Assembly (NCBI GenBank): GCA_051439605.1 | Contig: JBFRWN010000024.1 | Span: forward strand, 1-48,740 | Direction of reading: 5' to 3' | DNA length: 48,740 nt | Source of the DNA: Synechococcus sp. | GTDB taxonomy: Bacteria; Cyanobacteriota; Cyanobacteriia; Thermostichales; PCC-7336 | Shown here: piece after piece, positions 47,335-48,740 of the stretch | How the letters are laid out: every line of letters starts with the position of its first letter | Position numbering within the stretch: the first letter of the stretch is position 1 | The notes under the pieces: model-generated | The model's input: the letters and a program-made list of their open reading frames with translations, nothing else | The model's database searches: none | Told to the model about the DNA's origin: nothing | Translations under genes and position numbers: made by a program

Positions 47335-47366
47335 ATGAAGGCTGCCACGAGGCAGCCTTCATCTTT
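47335..47366 (+). terminator. Intrinsic terminator after ftsH
   Basis: Perfect 12-bp stem ATGAAGGCTGCC-ACGA-GGCAGCCTTCAT followed by CTTT. Confidence 0.8.
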
Positions 47367-47589
47367 AAGTTGTTGCCATCTCAAATAGGGCCGCCAGAGG
47401 TGTTTGCTCAAGTTTGGAGTCTTCTTCGTCATAGGTGCCCCGAACATCCGAGCGTGGGTTGCGCAACGATCGTCCTCTTCGAAACATTTACGCCACAGGG
47501 TTAGTCTTATTTTTTGTAAGCTGGGACGATTGGACCAGATTTTGGCCGCAACCTTAGTTCGAGAGCTCTTGTTCGTGACGAAAGGAAAC

Positions 47590-48438
47590 ATGATGACCCC
47601 CTCACAATGTCTGACATTGATTCTGACTGCCTGCACCATCGCGATCGCCTCTGGCCGCGTAGTCGCCCAAGAAGCTTCAGTCATTCTCGAGCAATCCGTT
47701 CAAGTTCGTGAGGGATCGACCCCCTTTCTCATGGCCCAGGCAGAGGAAGCTAGCCCTCTCACCCTAGAAGAAGCTACGGAGCGTCTCAGTTCTGTGCCGG
47801 TATTTTTAGTTGTATCAGGGGACAACGCACCGGTGATTGCCAATATCGAGCAAGAGGATGATTCCCCCGTCCAACTGGTCATTTTTTGGTTAGATCAAAA
47901 TGCCGCCAAAGAAGCATTGGATAACATTGTCCAGACCAATCCAGAAGTGAGTGACCAAGCTCGTTTGATTGCCATATCTTTATCAGAAGCCCTGCGTGTG
48001 GCTAAAACCGAGCAGGAAAACGACGGCGAAATTACTTTCAGCATTTTGCCGAATTCAAAGACTTTGGAAGCAGCTACCTCAATGTTGAATGAGAGTGGGG
48101 AACTAGAGGAGCCGATCGAAAGCTTCCCTGGCATTCCTGTATTTTATGGGGAGTCTCAAGAAGGCGTCCTGACCATTGAAGCCGCCGAAAACGAAGTGGT
48201 GCCATTTTTCTTCGATCGCGAAGATTTAGCGGCGACGTTAGAACGTGCAGGCAGCGGAGAAAATGCTGCCGTTCTCGACGGTACTCAAATTCGCGTGACC
48301 TCTCTTGACCAAGTGTTGAACTCCATGCTCGATCCCAGTTCAGACACCAATGTTAGCAAGATCGAATTTATTCCCTCTCGATCTGCTCTGGAGTACGTTC
48401 AGGAAGAATTTCCCGACACTCTTCAGGAACCTGAGTAA
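47590..48438 (+). CDS. Tic22-family periplasmic chaperone
   Basis: Signal peptide after an AAAGGA RBS (ATG 47590); LSSVPVFLV, FPGIPVF, VPFFFDREDL, IRVTSLDQVL, IEFIPS. Confidence 0.85.
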   Translation: MMTPSQCLTLILTACTIAIASGRVVAQEASVILEQSVQVREGSTPFLMAQAEEASPLTLEEATERLSSVPVFLVVSGDNAPVIANIEQEDDSPVQLVIFWLDQNAAKEALDNIVQTNPEVSDQARLIAISLSEALRVAKTEQENDGEITFSILPNSKTLEAATSMLNESGELEEPIESFPGIPVFYGESQEGVLTIEAAENEVVPFFFDREDLAATLERAGSGENAAVLDGTQIRVTSLDQVLNSMLDPSSDTNVSKIEFIPSRSALEYVQEEFPDTLQEPE

Positions 48439-48617
48439 ATGCAGTCGGATTGGTGACTAACGCCCGGTTGTTCTGGGTAAGGGAGTTAGCACCAAATTTG
48501 CTGGCCAAGCTTTAATGGTCTAAGTAACTTGACGGTCGATAGTCATAGGCTAAATTCACTATCTCGATCGCAAGAAAAAAGCCACAATCGATCCCCTGCC
48601 CAGACCGTCACTCAGCC

Positions 48618-48740
48618 GAATGGCACTGAAACAAGCCGAACTATGCAGCCAGTTGACGCTTGAGAATGGGTCTTGGCTTCTGCATCAAGGGATAAGCCTT
48701 CGGTCTACGTTTTCGAACTCTGGGTTCAACCCGACCCGGT
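48618..48740 (-). mobile_element. Right end of an IS4-family insertion sequence (runs off the window)
   Basis: The transposase C-terminus is followed 22 bp later by ...TTTCAGTGCCATTC (plus strand GAATGGCACTGAAA from 48618), which resembles IS4-type terminal inverted repeats. The partner IR is outside the window. Confidence 0.7.
48641..48739 (-). CDS. IS4-family transposase, C-terminal 32 aa (partial)
   Basis: Minus-strand translation PGRVEPRVRKRRPKAYPLMQKPRPILKRQLAA*; the PGRxEPRxxKRRPKxY tail is typical of IS4-family transposases. Confidence 0.8.
   Translation of the reverse strand, partial: PGRVEPRVRKRRPKAYPLMQKPRPILKRQLAA

Larger units (their letters stand above)
1377..47648. repeat. HIP1 octamer GCGATCGC dispersed through the window
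   Basis: Many exact copies, e.g. 1377-1384, 7885-7892 and 47641-47648. HIP1 is a hallmark of many cyanobacterial genomes. Confidence 0.9.

Noticed and set aside
47404..47589. 62-codon N-terminal extension of the Tic22 ORF in the ORF track
   Set aside because: An RBS and signal peptide begin at ATG 47590, so the extension is unlikely to be translated.
1..48740. CRISPR arrays, rRNA genes, prophage or defence-system genes
   Set aside because: No repeat-spacer array, rRNA sequence, or cas, phage or restriction-type ORF was recognised; the tandem repeats found are coding linkers or short duplications.

Overview
A 48.7 kb gene-dense chromosomal window from a cyanobacterium, shown by abundant HIP1 octamers (GCGATCGC), ntcA, a CcaA-type carbonic anhydrase, ccdA/ccs1, Tic22 and cofH. 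It holds about 42 credible CDSs. Most are housekeeping or metabolic: rplJ-rplL with an L10 leader, trmD, cofH, nanE, aas, ccdA-ccs1, cobI, cobA, a CbiX/SirB chelatase, ftsH and ntcA with a canonical NtcA-type promoter. There is also one tRNA-Gly(GCC), several transporters, and the 3' end of an IS4-family element at the right edge that the ORF track missed. The main unexplained structure is a ~150 bp AT-rich non-coding element present twice in inverted orientation 23.4 kb apart (19577-19732 and 43093-43248; about 86% identical by hand alignment). It has 12-bp imperfect terminal inverted repeats and a Fur-box-like motif, and one copy lies directly upstream of a radical SAM/SPASM gene followed by a dockerin-protein gene. 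Other candidates for a second look are an aas-acyltransferase-MFS-nanE cluster resembling a split lysolipid-salvage system, a 1384-aa DUF4347/3xLamG/PQQ-dehydrogenase protein, and a cellulose-synthase-like gene with a degenerate PilZ domain. All product calls come from motif recognition by eye; no database searches were run.
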